Assembly: GCA_905339405.1 (NCBI GenBank)
Contig: CAJPGC010000039.1
Location: forward strand, 15,000 to 78,999
Reading direction: 5' to 3'
Source: an uncultured bacterium
GTDB taxonomy: Bacteria > Desulfobacterota > GWC2-55-46
DNA length: 64,000 bases
Shown here: piece by piece, positions 37,601 to 47,273 of the stretch
Layout: each line of letters begins with the position of its first letter
Position numbering within the stretch: position 1 is the first letter of the stretch
Program-made: the position numbers and the translations under genes
Notes under the pieces: model-generated
What the model was told of the DNA's origin: nothing
The model's database searches: none
What the model saw: only the letters and a program-made list of their open reading frames with translations

Positions 37601-38374
37601 ATGGGAAAAGTCTACCACCTCGACCTCGCGAAAAAAGACATCCAGGGAGCGCGGATAGCGCTCATGCCAGGGGACCCTGGAAGGAGCCCTCTCCTTGCCG
37701 CGGCCATTGCCGGCGCCTACGGCGGAGCTTTTTCAGTAATCGCAAAAAAAAGGGAGTTCACGACCTGCCTTACGGAGGTCATGGGGAAAAAAGTCCTCGT
37801 GACCTCTACCGGCATAGGCGGGCCTTCCACTTCGATAGCGGTAGACGAGCTCGCCCAGCTCGGCGTGAAGACCTTCATACGGGCCGGCACCACAGGCGCG
37901 ATACAGGAAAATATCAACGACGGCGAGTGCGTCATCACTACCGCTGCGGTGCGCCTCGAAGGGGCCTCAACACATTACGCCCCGCTTGAGTACCCGGCCG
38001 TGGCCTCCTTCGAGGTCGTCTCCGCACTCATATCAGGGGCGAAAAAGGCCGGTGTAGGCTATCACACGGGCGTGACAGCCTCTTCTGACACCTTCTACCC
38101 GGGCGAAGAGCGCACCGATTCGTTCATGGAATACAAGCTCCGCCGTTTCAAGGGCGCAACGGCCGAATGGCGAGCCCTTCACGTGCTCAACTACGAGATG
38201 GAAGCGGCAACGCTCCTTACCATGACTTCGGCCTTCGGCTTGAAGGGCGGGTGCGTAACAGGGGTCGTGAACAGGGGCTCTACAGGAAGGATAACCGCTG
38301 AATCGCTGAGGAAGGGCGAGGAGAACGTGATATCCCTGGCGGTTGCTGCCCTTCAGTTCCTCGTCCAGGAATAG
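37601..38374 (+). CDS. Nucleoside phosphorylase (PNP/UDP family I; DeoD- or Udp-like)
   Basis: ALMPGDPGRS..., VTSTGIGGPS, ...RAGTTGA fit the purine/uridine phosphorylase family 1 motifs. Confidence 0.75.
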   Translation: MGKVYHLDLAKKDIQGARIALMPGDPGRSPLLAAAIAGAYGGAFSVIAKKREFTTCLTEVMGKKVLVTSTGIGGPSTSIAVDELAQLGVKTFIRAGTTGAIQENINDGECVITTAAVRLEGASTHYAPLEYPAVASFEVVSALISGAKKAGVGYHTGVTASSDTFYPGEERTDSFMEYKLRRFKGATAEWRALHVLNYEMEAATLLTMTSAFGLKGGCVTGVVNRGSTGRITAESLRKGEENVISLAVAALQFLVQE

Positions 38375-38383
38375 CGGACACAA

Positions 38384-38788
38384 TCACTCTTTCAGCCTCA
38401 TTACAAGCCAGCTCTTTTCGCTTATATGTATGATGGCGTAGCGGCCCTTGAGCTTCCTGCCCTTGAGCTCGACAGTTATCTTTCCCTTCTCCCACGATTC
38501 CTCTACGTAGGCCCCGCTGTCCCAGACAAAGACGTCCCCTGCGCCGTACTGCCCCTCGGGTATCTCCCCTTCGAAATCGGCGTAGCTCAACGGATGGTCC
38601 TCGACCTCGACCGCGAGCCTCTTGACGCCCTCCTCGTCGGAGACGCCCTTCGGGACGGCCCAGCTCTTCAGAACCCCGCCCCTCTCCAGCCTCAGGTCGT
38701 AGTGGTGGTGCCTTGCGTGGTGCTCGTGGACGACGAACTTCAAAGGCTTTTTCAACGCTCCCCCTTTGTTGACAGGACAAAAGAACAT
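38384..38788 (-). CDS. Stand-alone DNA ligase D 3'-phosphoesterase (LigD-PE) domain protein
   Basis: FVVHEHHARHHHYDLRLE..LKSWAVPKG...EDHPLSYADFEGEIPEGQYGAGDVFVWDSG is the LigD phosphoesterase signature. No ligase or polymerase domain is attached. Confidence 0.7.
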   Translation of the reverse strand: MFFCPVNKGGALKKPLKFVVHEHHARHHHYDLRLERGGVLKSWAVPKGVSDEEGVKRLAVEVEDHPLSYADFEGEIPEGQYGAGDVFVWDSGAYVEESWEKGKITVELKGRKLKGRYAIIHISEKSWLVMRLKE

Positions 38789-38850
38789 GGTATTGTCTCA
38801 TTATAGCTTCTTGCGAAGGGATTTGCGGCAAAAATTCAAATTCAGGCGGG

Positions 38851-39366
38851 ATGGACATGAACTCTTTTAAGATGCTTATCATGGCGGCGGCCCTCCTCAT
38901 GGTCTCCGGCTGCGGCCCGGTCCTCTCGGAGAACGTCATGAAGACGGTCGACCGCGGCATAGAATTCAAATCCGTTGTCGCCGACCCAGCCAGTTTTGAG
39001 GGAAAAACCGTGGTCTTCGGAGGCACGATAATCAAGGTCGAGAACCTCGAAGGCGCAACCGTCATGGAGGTCGTGCAGGAGGGGATGAACTCTCAGCTCA
39101 AGCCCGTTGACAAGAACGAGTCAGAGGGCAGGTTCCTGGTGAAGTTCGGCCGATTCATGGACCCGGCCATATTCTCGGCCGGAAAGAAGATAACCGTAGC
39201 GGGCGTTGTCACCGGCACCGAGACGAGGCCGCTGGGCAAGGCGAACTACCGGTACCCGGTCATTGAGCCGAAGGAGCATTACCTCTGGGAGCCGAGCGAC
39301 TATGACAGGGACGGATGGCCGCGCATAGGGATAGGCATAGGGCTGGGGTATACACATATAGATTAG
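38851..39366 (+). CDS. Slp/YeaY-family outer-membrane lipoprotein
   Basis: Lipobox LMVSGC. The Slp-like body (ASFEGKTVVFGGTIIKVENLEGATVMEV...GRFLVKF...ITVAGVVTG) matches the starvation lipoprotein family. Confidence 0.65.
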   Translation: MDMNSFKMLIMAAALLMVSGCGPVLSENVMKTVDRGIEFKSVVADPASFEGKTVVFGGTIIKVENLEGATVMEVVQEGMNSQLKPVDKNESEGRFLVKFGRFMDPAIFSAGKKITVAGVVTGTETRPLGKANYRYPVIEPKEHYLWEPSDYDRDGWPRIGIGIGLGYTHID

Positions 39367-39467
39367 AAAAGCCGTAACCGTAACCGGTCACGGCTTTGTG
39401 AACGCGCTTTAGCAAGGCTTTCATGAAACTTTTCGGTCGCTGCCGCGCAAAGAGAACTGTTCCGTAA

Positions 39468-39622
39468 TACCGCGTAACGCGGCTGCCGCCGCTCTCTGTA
39501 ACATGTTCTGCGCGCTTTCCGCCTCCCCCACCCGCGAACCTCGCCCCTGAAGTCGCTTCGCTCCAACAGCCCCGGCTCGGTTCGCCGCTTCCTCCGCAAG
39601 AAGCGCTCCACATGTTACGGCG
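39468..39622. repeat. Intergenic repeat family A, copy 2 (termini GTAACATGT / ACATGTTAC, compensatory to copy 1)
   Basis: Shares the core (CCCACCCGCGAACCTCGCCCCTGAAGTCGCTTCGCTCC...CCCCGGCTCGGTTCGCC) with copies 1 and 3. Confidence 0.7.
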
Positions 39623-39675
39623 CTTGGGTTAAAGACAAAGAAAAAGATGAAATTAAATAAAGCGGTCAAACAGAA

Positions 39676-40344
39676 TCAAACTCCGGATTTTACCGAACCC
39701 GCCTGCCTCTTGAGCTCCGCTATGGTCTTCCCGTAATCCGGAGTCGAAAAGACGCCTGAGCCAGATACGAATACGTCCGCTCCGGCGGCAGCCGCTTCCT
39801 TTATGTTGGAGGTCTTTATGCCGCCGTCGACCTCGAGCTCGATGGCGCGCCCCGACGCCGTAATCATCTTCCTTATTTCCGCTATCTTCTTAAGGCTGCC
39901 CGGAATAAAGCCCTGGCCGGAAAAGCCTGGGTTGACCGACATTACTAGGATGAGGTCCGCTTCGTCCATTATCGGCTCGAGCGTCACAACAGGAGTGCCT
40001 GGGTTGAGCGTCACTCCGGCCTTGAGCCCGTGGCCCTTTATCGCCTGCACCACCTTGTGGAGGTGCCTGGTGGCCTCCACGTGGACGGTTATTATGGAGC
40101 TCCCGGCCTTCGCGAAGTCGTCTATGTACCTCTCCGGCTCCTCTATCATGAGGTGCACGTCCAGAGGCAGCGCCGTCGCCCTTTTTATCGCCTCAACTAT
40201 GAAAGGGCCTATCGTTATGTTCGGCACGAAACGGCCGTCCATCACGTCGACATGGACGTAATCGGCCCCGCCCTTTTCAAGAGCCTGCAATTCCTGGGTG
40301 AGTTTCGTGAAGTCAGCGGAGAGTACGGATGGGGATATCTTCAT
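39676..40344 (-). CDS. rpe: Ribulose-phosphate 3-epimerase
   Basis: MKISPSVLSADF...VHVDVMDGRFVPN...VNPGFSGQ are classic Rpe motifs. Start at MKIS; the ORF track extends to 40449. Confidence 0.9.
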   Translation of the reverse strand: MKISPSVLSADFTKLTQELQALEKGGADYVHVDVMDGRFVPNITIGPFIVEAIKRATALPLDVHLMIEEPERYIDDFAKAGSSIITVHVEATRHLHKVVQAIKGHGLKAGVTLNPGTPVVTLEPIMDEADLILVMSVNPGFSGQGFIPGSLKKIAEIRKMITASGRAIELEVDGGIKTSNIKEAAAAGADVFVSGSGVFSTPDYGKTIAELKRQAGSVKSGV

Positions 40345-40395
40345 TGGTACGCCTTCCTTTTTAAAAAATTTACTCAACTGCCTATATAAATTTAA

Positions 40396-40625
40396 AAAAC
40401 AGAAATTTTTTCCGAGGTCGAGGAAAGGTGGAAGAAAAAAGCGGAGCATATATTAAAATATGTGAGCATTTTTTCTTACGCCCTGACAAAGAGATCGGGA
40501 AAAACAGCAATTTTTAGATGTGATTTTTTAACAGATTTCCGTTTCGTTGTCCATACCTCAGGGTGCCTCTAAAATTAGACATTTTTTCCGAGGTCGAGGA
40601 AGTGTGAAAATGAAAAGCGGCACCC
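40396..40625. repeat. Two direct copies of an approximately 45-bp motif (TTTTTTCCGAGGTCGAGGAA.GTG.AA.A.AAAGCGG) about 175 bp apart in the nrdJ–rpe spacer
   Basis: Copies at about 40396-40442 and 40574-40618, read directly. Confidence 0.5.
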
Positions 40626-40626
40626 C

Positions 40627-42411
40627 TCAACAATAGAGCGGGTTTTTGCAGGTCAACACCTGCTCCGCCCTCGTCCCGGACCTGTAGACCGTAACACTCT
40701 TGCAGCCGAGCCGCCACGCCAGCAGGTAAGCCTCCTTGACGTCCTCGACAACAGCTTCAGGCGGCAGGTTTATGGTCTTTGAAACCGCGTTGTCAGTATG
40801 CTTCTGGAAGGCGGCCTGCATCTTTATGTGCGCCTCAGGCGGCAGGTCGTAGGCAGTGACGAAAATCTCCTTTATGCGCTCCGGCACCTCGTCCCTGTCC
40901 CTTATGTCGCCCCCGGCCTCTATGTGCGCGATGAGGCTCTCGTTGTAGAAGCCCTCCTCCTTCGCGACCTCCGCAACCAGCGGGTTGACCTCGGGTATGC
41001 GCACGCCGTTCAATACCTGCCTCGTGTAGCTCAGCGAAAAGAACGGCTCTATGCCCGAAGAGCACCCGGCGATGATGCTGAGAGTCCCTGTCGGAGCTAT
41101 CGTGGTCACGGTCGCGTTCCTCACGGCAGGCTTGCCATCGAAGACTGAGCCCTTTATGTTCGGGAAGGGGCCCCTTTCGGCCGCGAGCTCGCGGGAGGCT
41201 TCACGCGCGCTATTGCTTATGGACTTCATTATCTCTTCGGCCATGCGGAAGCTCTCTTCGCTGCCGTAGCGCACACGGAGCTTCACGAGGAGGTCGGCGA
41301 AGCCCATAACCCCAAGCCCTATTTTCCTGTTGCCCTTCGCCATGGCGTCTATCTCGGGCGTCGGGTACCTGCACGCCTCTATGACGTCGTCGAGGAACCT
41401 TACGCTGAGCTTCACCGTCCTGGCGAGTTTGCCTTTATCCAGCGCCCACCTGCCGGAGACTTCATTCACCATCTTACCCAGGTTTATGGAGCCCAGGTTG
41501 CAGGGCTCATAGGCAAGGAGCGGCTGCTCGCCGCAGGGGTTTGTCGCCTCGAAACCGCCCAGACGAGGCGTCGGGTTGGAGCGGTTTATCCTGTCTATGA
41601 AAACGACCCCCGGCTCGCCGCTCCTCCAGGCGCTTTCGGCGATCCTCGTGAAGACCTCCTTAGCGCTCACCCTCTTTGTCTCCATGCCCGTCCTCGGGTT
41701 AACGAGGGAGTAGTCTGAGCCTTCTTCGAGCGCCTTCATGAACCCGTCGGTCACGGCGACAGACAGGTTGAAGTTGACGAACTCGCCGGGGTCTTCCTTG
41801 ACCGTTATGAAGGAGATTATGTCCGGGTGGTCCACGCGGAGGATCCCCATGTTGGCCCCGCGCCTCGTGCCGCCCTGCGTGATGGCCTCGGTCGTGGCGT
41901 TGAAGACGCGCATGAAAGAGACCGGGCCGCTGGCAAGCCCGCCGGTCGAGGAGACCATGTCGGAGGCCGGGCGAAGGCGCGAGAACGAAAAACCCGTCCC
42001 TCCGCCGGACTGATGTATGAGCGCGGTGTTCTTCACGGCGGTGAATATCGATTCGAGGGAATCTTCCACGGGTAGGACGAAACAGGCCGCGAGCTGCTGG
42101 AGCCTTCGTCCAGCGTTCATCAGCGTGGGGGAGTTCGGCAGGAACTCGAGTGAGCTCATGAGAGAAAAGAACGCCTCTTCGAACTCCGCCCTGGCCCTTC
42201 CTTTGGCCCGGCTGCCCCTGAAAAGCTCCTCGGCGGAAGCTACGTTGGCCGCGACCCGGCGGAAGAGCTCCTCCGGGCTCTCTGTTACGGCCCCGTTTTC
42301 GTTTTTTTTCAGATAGCGCCGCTCGAGGACGGTCATGGCGCCGGGAGTAAGCTTCACAGGCACACCTCTTTTTGAAGGACACCCATGAATCGAGTCTATC
42401 AGCGTAGGCAA
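40627..42411 (-). CDS. nrdJ: Adenosylcobalamin-dependent (class II) ribonucleotide reductase
   Basis: The N-terminus VLERRYLKKNENGAVTESPEELFRRVAANVA is typical of NrdJ. The active-site region contains NPCGEQPL and CNLGSINL, and the C-terminus carries a Cys pair (TCKNPLYC). Confidence 0.75.
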   Translation of the reverse strand: MPTLIDSIHGCPSKRGVPVKLTPGAMTVLERRYLKKNENGAVTESPEELFRRVAANVASAEELFRGSRAKGRARAEFEEAFFSLMSSLEFLPNSPTLMNAGRRLQQLAACFVLPVEDSLESIFTAVKNTALIHQSGGGTGFSFSRLRPASDMVSSTGGLASGPVSFMRVFNATTEAITQGGTRRGANMGILRVDHPDIISFITVKEDPGEFVNFNLSVAVTDGFMKALEEGSDYSLVNPRTGMETKRVSAKEVFTRIAESAWRSGEPGVVFIDRINRSNPTPRLGGFEATNPCGEQPLLAYEPCNLGSINLGKMVNEVSGRWALDKGKLARTVKLSVRFLDDVIEACRYPTPEIDAMAKGNRKIGLGVMGFADLLVKLRVRYGSEESFRMAEEIMKSISNSAREASRELAAERGPFPNIKGSVFDGKPAVRNATVTTIAPTGTLSIIAGCSSGIEPFFSLSYTRQVLNGVRIPEVNPLVAEVAKEEGFYNESLIAHIEAGGDIRDRDEVPERIKEIFVTAYDLPPEAHIKMQAAFQKHTDNAVSKTINLPPEAVVEDVKEAYLLAWRLGCKSVTVYRSGTRAEQVLTCKNPLYC

Positions 42412-42530
42412 GGGGGCGCAACCCGCCTGGGGGCGAACCCTGGCGCTAAAACCGTCGATTGAGGTGAGACTGATAAATGAAAGAAAGGCAAAGGAGTGAC
42501 GGCCGCCGATAAACGCCGGACAAAGCGGCC

Positions 42531-43064
42531 TTAAAGAGTGAGCTTTATCGCCTTATCAAGGTCTTCGCGGGTAATGACGCCGGAGTGTTCGTAGAGGACA
42601 AGGCCTTTCCTGTCTATGATGTAGGTCTTGGGTATGCCGTAGATGTTGTATGAGTTCATTATCTCGCCGGTAGAGTCGAGACCGGCCGTGAAGACGAGCC
42701 TGAACTCCTTGAGGAACTCCCTGGCCCCTTGCTCGCTGTCGTCAATGGCCACCGCCACGAACTCGACCCTGTCGCCGAACTCGGTCCAGGCCTCCCTCAA
42801 AGCCGGGGCCTCGAGCTGGCACGGGCCGCACCAGCTAGCGAAGAAGTTCACCACGACGGGCTTTCCCTTGAGCTCCGCAAGAGAGACGTCCCTGCCGTCG
42901 AAGCTCTTTATGCTGAAGGGGACTGCCTGCCTTGCCTGCTCCACGGGAGGCTCGCCGAAGACGCTTTTCTCCTCGGCGCTCTCGCCGGCTTTTTTGCACC
43001 CGGCCATGAAGAGCCCGGCTGCAAGTATGGTCATGAAAAACGCTGTTCCCCTCAATGACATCAT
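42531..43064 (-). CDS. TlpA/ResA-family thiol:disulfide oxidoreductase lipoprotein
   Basis: Lipobox LFMAGC. The thioredoxin fold carries the WCGPC active site. Confidence 0.75.
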   Translation of the reverse strand: MMSLRGTAFFMTILAAGLFMAGCKKAGESAEEKSVFGEPPVEQARQAVPFSIKSFDGRDVSLAELKGKPVVVNFFASWCGPCQLEAPALREAWTEFGDRVEFVAVAIDDSEQGAREFLKEFRLVFTAGLDSTGEIMNSYNIYGIPKTYIIDRKGLVLYEHSGVITREDLDKAIKLTL

Positions 43065-43129
43065 AAGACCTCTTTATTTTTACATATTTTACATCAACGG
43101 CGGCACGCTTACAAGACCATTGAAATGAC

Positions 43130-43172
43130 AAAAGGGCAGCCCCCCCTTGGGGGCTGCCCTTTAAACACGAAA
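43130..43172. terminator. Rho-independent terminator downstream of trxA (minus-strand AGGGCAGCCCCC-AAG-GGGGGCTGCCCT followed by TTTTGTCATTT)
   Basis: 12-bp GC-rich stem read directly. Confidence 0.55.
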
Positions 43173-43182
43173 CCGATTCGCG

Positions 43183-43509
43183 TCAGAAGCCTTTTTCTAT
43201 GAGCTCTTTTATCTGGTTTCTCGGCACCGCGCCGACGAGCTGGTCCACGACCTTGCCGCCCTTGAAAAGGATGAGCGTGGGTATGCCCCTTACGCCGTAC
43301 TTGCCAGGGGTGGCCGGGTTGTCGTCGACGTTGACCTTCACGACTCTGAGCTTGCCCGTGTACTCCTGGGCCATTTCGTCTACTATGGGAGCGATAGCCC
43401 TGCAGGGAGCGCACCAGCTTGCCCAGAAATCGACGAGGGCCGGCATGTCGGATTTCAGCACCAGAGACTCGAACGTGGAGTCCGTCACATTAATTATATT
43501 CTCACCCAT
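43183..43509 (-). CDS. trxA: Thioredoxin
   Basis: 108 aa with the WCAPC active site and the canonical thioredoxin sequence. Confidence 0.9.
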   Translation of the reverse strand: MGENIINVTDSTFESLVLKSDMPALVDFWASWCAPCRAIAPIVDEMAQEYTGKLRVVKVNVDDNPATPGKYGVRGIPTLILFKGGKVVDQLVGAVPRNQIKELIEKGF

Positions 43510-43712
43510 TTATATACCGCTCCTTTCAGTCTTTAAATAGCCTATTTTCCAGCGTAAAGGACCCTGGTAAACCATAGATTTCACACCGGGCGTCTTACAT
43601 CCTCTATGGAATATAATCTAATGGAGAAAGCCTGTCAACATCTTTGCCTCCGGAATGGCTCCCTCCTCTTTTGTCTTGACAGGAAAATGCCTTTTGGAGA
43701 AAATAAGCACCC

Positions 43713-44006
43713 ATGAAAGACGAAGCGGTACTACAGGCCCTCGAGGAAGCAGCGGAACGCCTCGACATAAAACTCAGCTACGAAGACCTCCTGAAGGGCG
43801 TCGTGGCCACCCACGGCGGCATGTTCATGCTCCGCGGCGAAAAGCGCATAATTATCCACAAGGGCCTTCAGGTGAGGGACAAGATAGAACTGCTGGCCGA
43901 GCTCCTCGCCTCTATCAACACGGAAGATATACACCTCGCACCCGAAGTGCGGGACAGGATAGAAAAAGCAAGGCTGAAGGCGGCCCCCAGGGAAGCCCAG
44001 GCCTGA
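43713..44006 (+). CDS. Small hypothetical protein
   Basis: 97-aa ORF with plausible codon usage. No recognisable motif. Confidence 0.35.
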   Translation: MKDEAVLQALEEAAERLDIKLSYEDLLKGVVATHGGMFMLRGEKRIIIHKGLQVRDKIELLAELLASINTEDIHLAPEVRDRIEKARLKAAPREAQA

Positions 44007-44300
44007 AAAAAATTCGGCTGTAACCGGAACTCCTCACTTTCCTCCTCGTTACGCGAACCTCCGAACGTTCACACGCGCCTCCGTAGCTCCGAGCATCCGA
44101 AGGGTTTTTAGACCCGAACGGGATTAGCGCGCCCTTGGTCATGCCCTTGTTTTGGTTTGACTAATGGACTTGTTTGGTGGTACCATAAGACGCGTCAGAG
44201 TCCGCCCAGGACAAGACGCTTCTTAAAGGCCCCTCAACCCGCCTGGCAACATGAAAGGCGCCCAAAAAGGCCCGCCCCGGGCAGATTCGGAGGAGCAGTC

Positions 44301-46034
44301 GTGAAAGATTCCGTATACTTGAGGAAATTGGCGATACCCGCGCTCGCGGCCCTGCTGTTCGTACCCTCGTTGTCGTCCCCGACCCACGCGAAAGACGCCA
44401 AGCCCAAGAAGACCGCCAGCAGGCAGGGCGGCTCCGGTGAGTCGTTCTACTACTTCACAGCCGCGCAGATGCTCAAAAAGAGCGGCAACACCGCCGGCGC
44501 GATAGACCTTTACACGAAAGCCATCGAGGCTGACCCCGACTCCGCGGTACTGTTCTCCGACCTCGGCTCCCTTTACATGAGCGAGGGAGACGCGGAAACG
44601 GCGCGCGGGCACCTTGAGACGGCCATAGAAAAAGACCCCGCGTACGCCCCGCCCTACGCCGCGCTCGCGGAGATATACGCGACGGCGAAGGACGAGAAGA
44701 CCGCGGCCAAGTACTACTCCAAGGCCATAGAGCTCGACAGCGAGAACGTCAAGAACTACCTCCTGCTGGGCCTCCTTCACATGAGGGCCAAGGAATACGA
44801 CAAGGGCATCGAGGTCTTGAAAAAGCTCCTGGCTGCCAGCCCAGAGTCTGTGATGGGCTACTACTACCTCGCCAAGATAGAGTTCGACAGGGCCGACTAC
44901 GTGAAGGCCGCCGAGTACTACAACCAGGCCCTCGGCGTCAACCCCAACTTCGGCGCGGTCTACTTCGAGCTCGGCATCACCTACGAGCTCGGCAAGAAGA
45001 CCGAAAAAGCCATAGAGGTCTACAAGAAAGGCATCGAGCTAATGCCGCACGACGCGGGCATAATGACCAGGCTCGGCACCCTGTACATCCAGCAGAACAA
45101 GCTCGACGACGCTCTCCAGCAGTTCAGCGCCCTCGAGAAGAACGAAGAGACCAGGCTGGACGCGATGGTCAAAATCGGCCTCATACACTTCGAGAGGAAG
45201 AACTACGCCGAGGCCATCGCCAAGTTCGAGGAGATATTGAAGGCGAGCCCCGAGTTCCACAGGGTGCGCTACTACCTGGGCTCGACCTACGAGGAAAAGG
45301 GCGACCTCGCAAGCGCCGAGGCCGAATTCAAGAAGATACCCGAGAAGGACACCAGCTTCATAGACTCCAAGATACACCTGGCCTACATCTACGAGCGCCA
45401 GGGCAGGATAGACAACACGATAACCCAGCTCAACCAGGCCCTCAAGGCCAAGGGCGAGAGCGTAGAGCTATTGCGCCTTCTGGCCTCTATATACAGGGAC
45501 GCCAAGAGGTTCGACGAAGCCATATCCGCCCTCGAGCGCGCCATCAACGTGAGCCCCAAAGACCCTGAGCTCTACTTCCTCCTCGGGGTCGTCTACGACG
45601 AGGCAAAGGTGCACGACAAGGTCATCACGTCGATGCGCAAGGTCCTGGAGATCGAGCCGGCCCACGCCAACGCGCTCAACTACATCGGCTACTCGTACGC
45701 CGAGCAGGGGATCGAGCTGGACATGGCTGAAGAGCTCGTCAGGAAGGCCCTCACGCTCAAACCCGACAGCGGCCACATACTCGACAGCCTCGGCTGGGTC
45801 TACTACAAGAAGGGCGAGTTCTCAAAGGCAGTCGCCGAGCTCGAGCGGGCCATGAAGCTCCTGCCCGAAGACCCGATAGTGAGCGAGCACCTCGGGGACG
45901 CGTACCTGAAGCACAACAACAAGCAGAAGGCCCTCACGGCCTACGAGAGCGCCATCAGGATAAACCCTGGCAACGAGCAGCTCCAGGAGAAGCTCAACCG
46001 CCTGAAAGACGAGATGAAGGCCAGCAGCAAGTGA
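44301..46034 (+). CDS. Secreted tetratricopeptide-repeat (TPR) protein
   Basis: GTG start at 44301 preceded by GGAGGAG, a signal peptide (LAIPALAALLFVPSLSSPTHA), and more than ten TPR units (the AxxYYxxAIELDP-type pattern recurs). The ORF track extends upstream to 44157. Confidence 0.7.
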   Translation: MKDSVYLRKLAIPALAALLFVPSLSSPTHAKDAKPKKTASRQGGSGESFYYFTAAQMLKKSGNTAGAIDLYTKAIEADPDSAVLFSDLGSLYMSEGDAETARGHLETAIEKDPAYAPPYAALAEIYATAKDEKTAAKYYSKAIELDSENVKNYLLLGLLHMRAKEYDKGIEVLKKLLAASPESVMGYYYLAKIEFDRADYVKAAEYYNQALGVNPNFGAVYFELGITYELGKKTEKAIEVYKKGIELMPHDAGIMTRLGTLYIQQNKLDDALQQFSALEKNEETRLDAMVKIGLIHFERKNYAEAIAKFEEILKASPEFHRVRYYLGSTYEEKGDLASAEAEFKKIPEKDTSFIDSKIHLAYIYERQGRIDNTITQLNQALKAKGESVELLRLLASIYRDAKRFDEAISALERAINVSPKDPELYFLLGVVYDEAKVHDKVITSMRKVLEIEPAHANALNYIGYSYAEQGIELDMAEELVRKALTLKPDSGHILDSLGWVYYKKGEFSKAVAELERAMKLLPEDPIVSEHLGDAYLKHNNKQKALTAYESAIRINPGNEQLQEKLNRLKDEMKASSK

Positions 46035-46693
46035 GCCTTAAAAAAAGGCTCCTGCCCTTCCTCGCCGCCTTCGCGCTCCTTTGCGGCTGCGCGGCATTAA
46101 AACCAGCCGGGGAGGAGCCGGCCGGCCCCCCGAAGCTCAAGGCTTCGTCCATACGCGCGAGGGCCGTCGTCGAGATAAAAAGAAAGACGTTTACCGCCGC
46201 CGGGCGCGCCGCGATACTCGCGAAAGCCCCCGGCTCCTTCAGGATAGAGGTCTTCGCCCCGTTCGGCCAGACGGCCGCCCTCATCGCCAGCGACGGACGT
46301 AGGCTCCTCGTCGACTCCGACGGGGCCGCCCGCGAGTTCCTCTGGGGCGACCCGGAGATACCCTATTCCTTCGGGGCTGAAGAGGTCGTCTCTTTTCTCA
46401 CCGGCGGGCAGAGCGCGCTTTCGCCAGCCTCTTCCGGCGCAAGCGAGACGAGGGACGAGTGGGGCCGCCTCCGCGAGTACTACAGGCCCGCGGCAGACGG
46501 GGACGCCCTGAAAGTGACCCTCACCGAGTACAGGGACGTCAGCGGCGCGCACATACCCTTTCACATAAGGATCGAGGACGGCAGACGCGACCTCGCCATA
46601 AAATACACGGAGGTGGAAATAGACCCTCTTCTCGGAGACGATCTATTCGAGCTGGAAGCTCATTCGGACCCGGGCCCTAAAGAAGTTGACTGA
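46031..46693 (+). CDS. Putative lipoprotein (LolB/DUF4292-like?)
   Basis: Lipobox LLCGCA. No catalytic motif. Overlaps the TPR gene stop by 4 nt. Confidence 0.5.
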   Translation: MSLKKRLLPFLAAFALLCGCAALKPAGEEPAGPPKLKASSIRARAVVEIKRKTFTAAGRAAILAKAPGSFRIEVFAPFGQTAALIASDGRRLLVDSDGAAREFLWGDPEIPYSFGAEEVVSFLTGGQSALSPASSGASETRDEWGRLREYYRPAADGDALKVTLTEYRDVSGAHIPFHIRIEDGRRDLAIKYTEVEIDPLLGDDLFELEAHSDPGPKEVD

Positions 46694-46749
46694 AAAGCCC
46701 CTGATATGGTATAAAGGTAGTACCCGCACCCCTAACCCGAAAGGCTTTC

Positions 46750-47256
46750 ATGTCCAAGATAATCGTTGAAATTTTCAAGTCAGGCGAACTGGCCGTATAT
46801 CCGGCGCATGGCGTGGGCATGATAATGGGGGTCGAAACGAGAGAAGTCTCGGGGCTCCACAAGAGCTTCTACATCATCAAGATACTCGACACCGAAGCCA
46901 CCATAATGGTCCCGACTGACACGGCGGCTGCGGTGGGCCTTCGCAAGATAGTCAAGAAGTCGATGGTCCCCAAGATATACGACATCCTGAAGGACCGCTC
47001 GGAGATCGCGCTCGACAACCAGACCTGGAACAGGCGTTACAGGGAGTACACCGACAAGATAAAGAGCGGCTGCGTGATGGAAGTCGCCAGGGTGCTGCGA
47101 GACCTGTACATCCTGAAGTACGACAAGGAACTCTCCTTTGGCGAGCGCAGGATGCTCGACACCGCAAAAAACCTCCTCGTAAAAGAACTCTCGATAGCCA
47201 GGAACGTAAAGGAAGAAAAAGTAGAGGAAGAGCTTTACCGTCTCATGCAAAGGTAA
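46750..47256 (+). CDS. CarD/CdnL-family RNA-polymerase-binding transcription regulator
   Basis: FKSGELAVYPAHGVGMIMGVETREV is the CarD_CdnL_TRCF N-terminal Tudor-like domain. Length about 165 aa. Confidence 0.8.
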   Translation: MSKIIVEIFKSGELAVYPAHGVGMIMGVETREVSGLHKSFYIIKILDTEATIMVPTDTAAAVGLRKIVKKSMVPKIYDILKDRSEIALDNQTWNRRYREYTDKIKSGCVMEVARVLRDLYILKYDKELSFGERRMLDTAKNLLVKELSIARNVKEEKVEEELYRLMQR

Positions 47257-47273
47257 AGAAGGGGGGTATTTTT

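Noticed and set aside
42412-42530. Possible cobalamin riboswitch or NrdR box upstream of nrdJ
   Set aside because: No B12-box (GCCACTG-like) and no paired 16-bp palindromic NrdR boxes are visible in the 120-bp leader.
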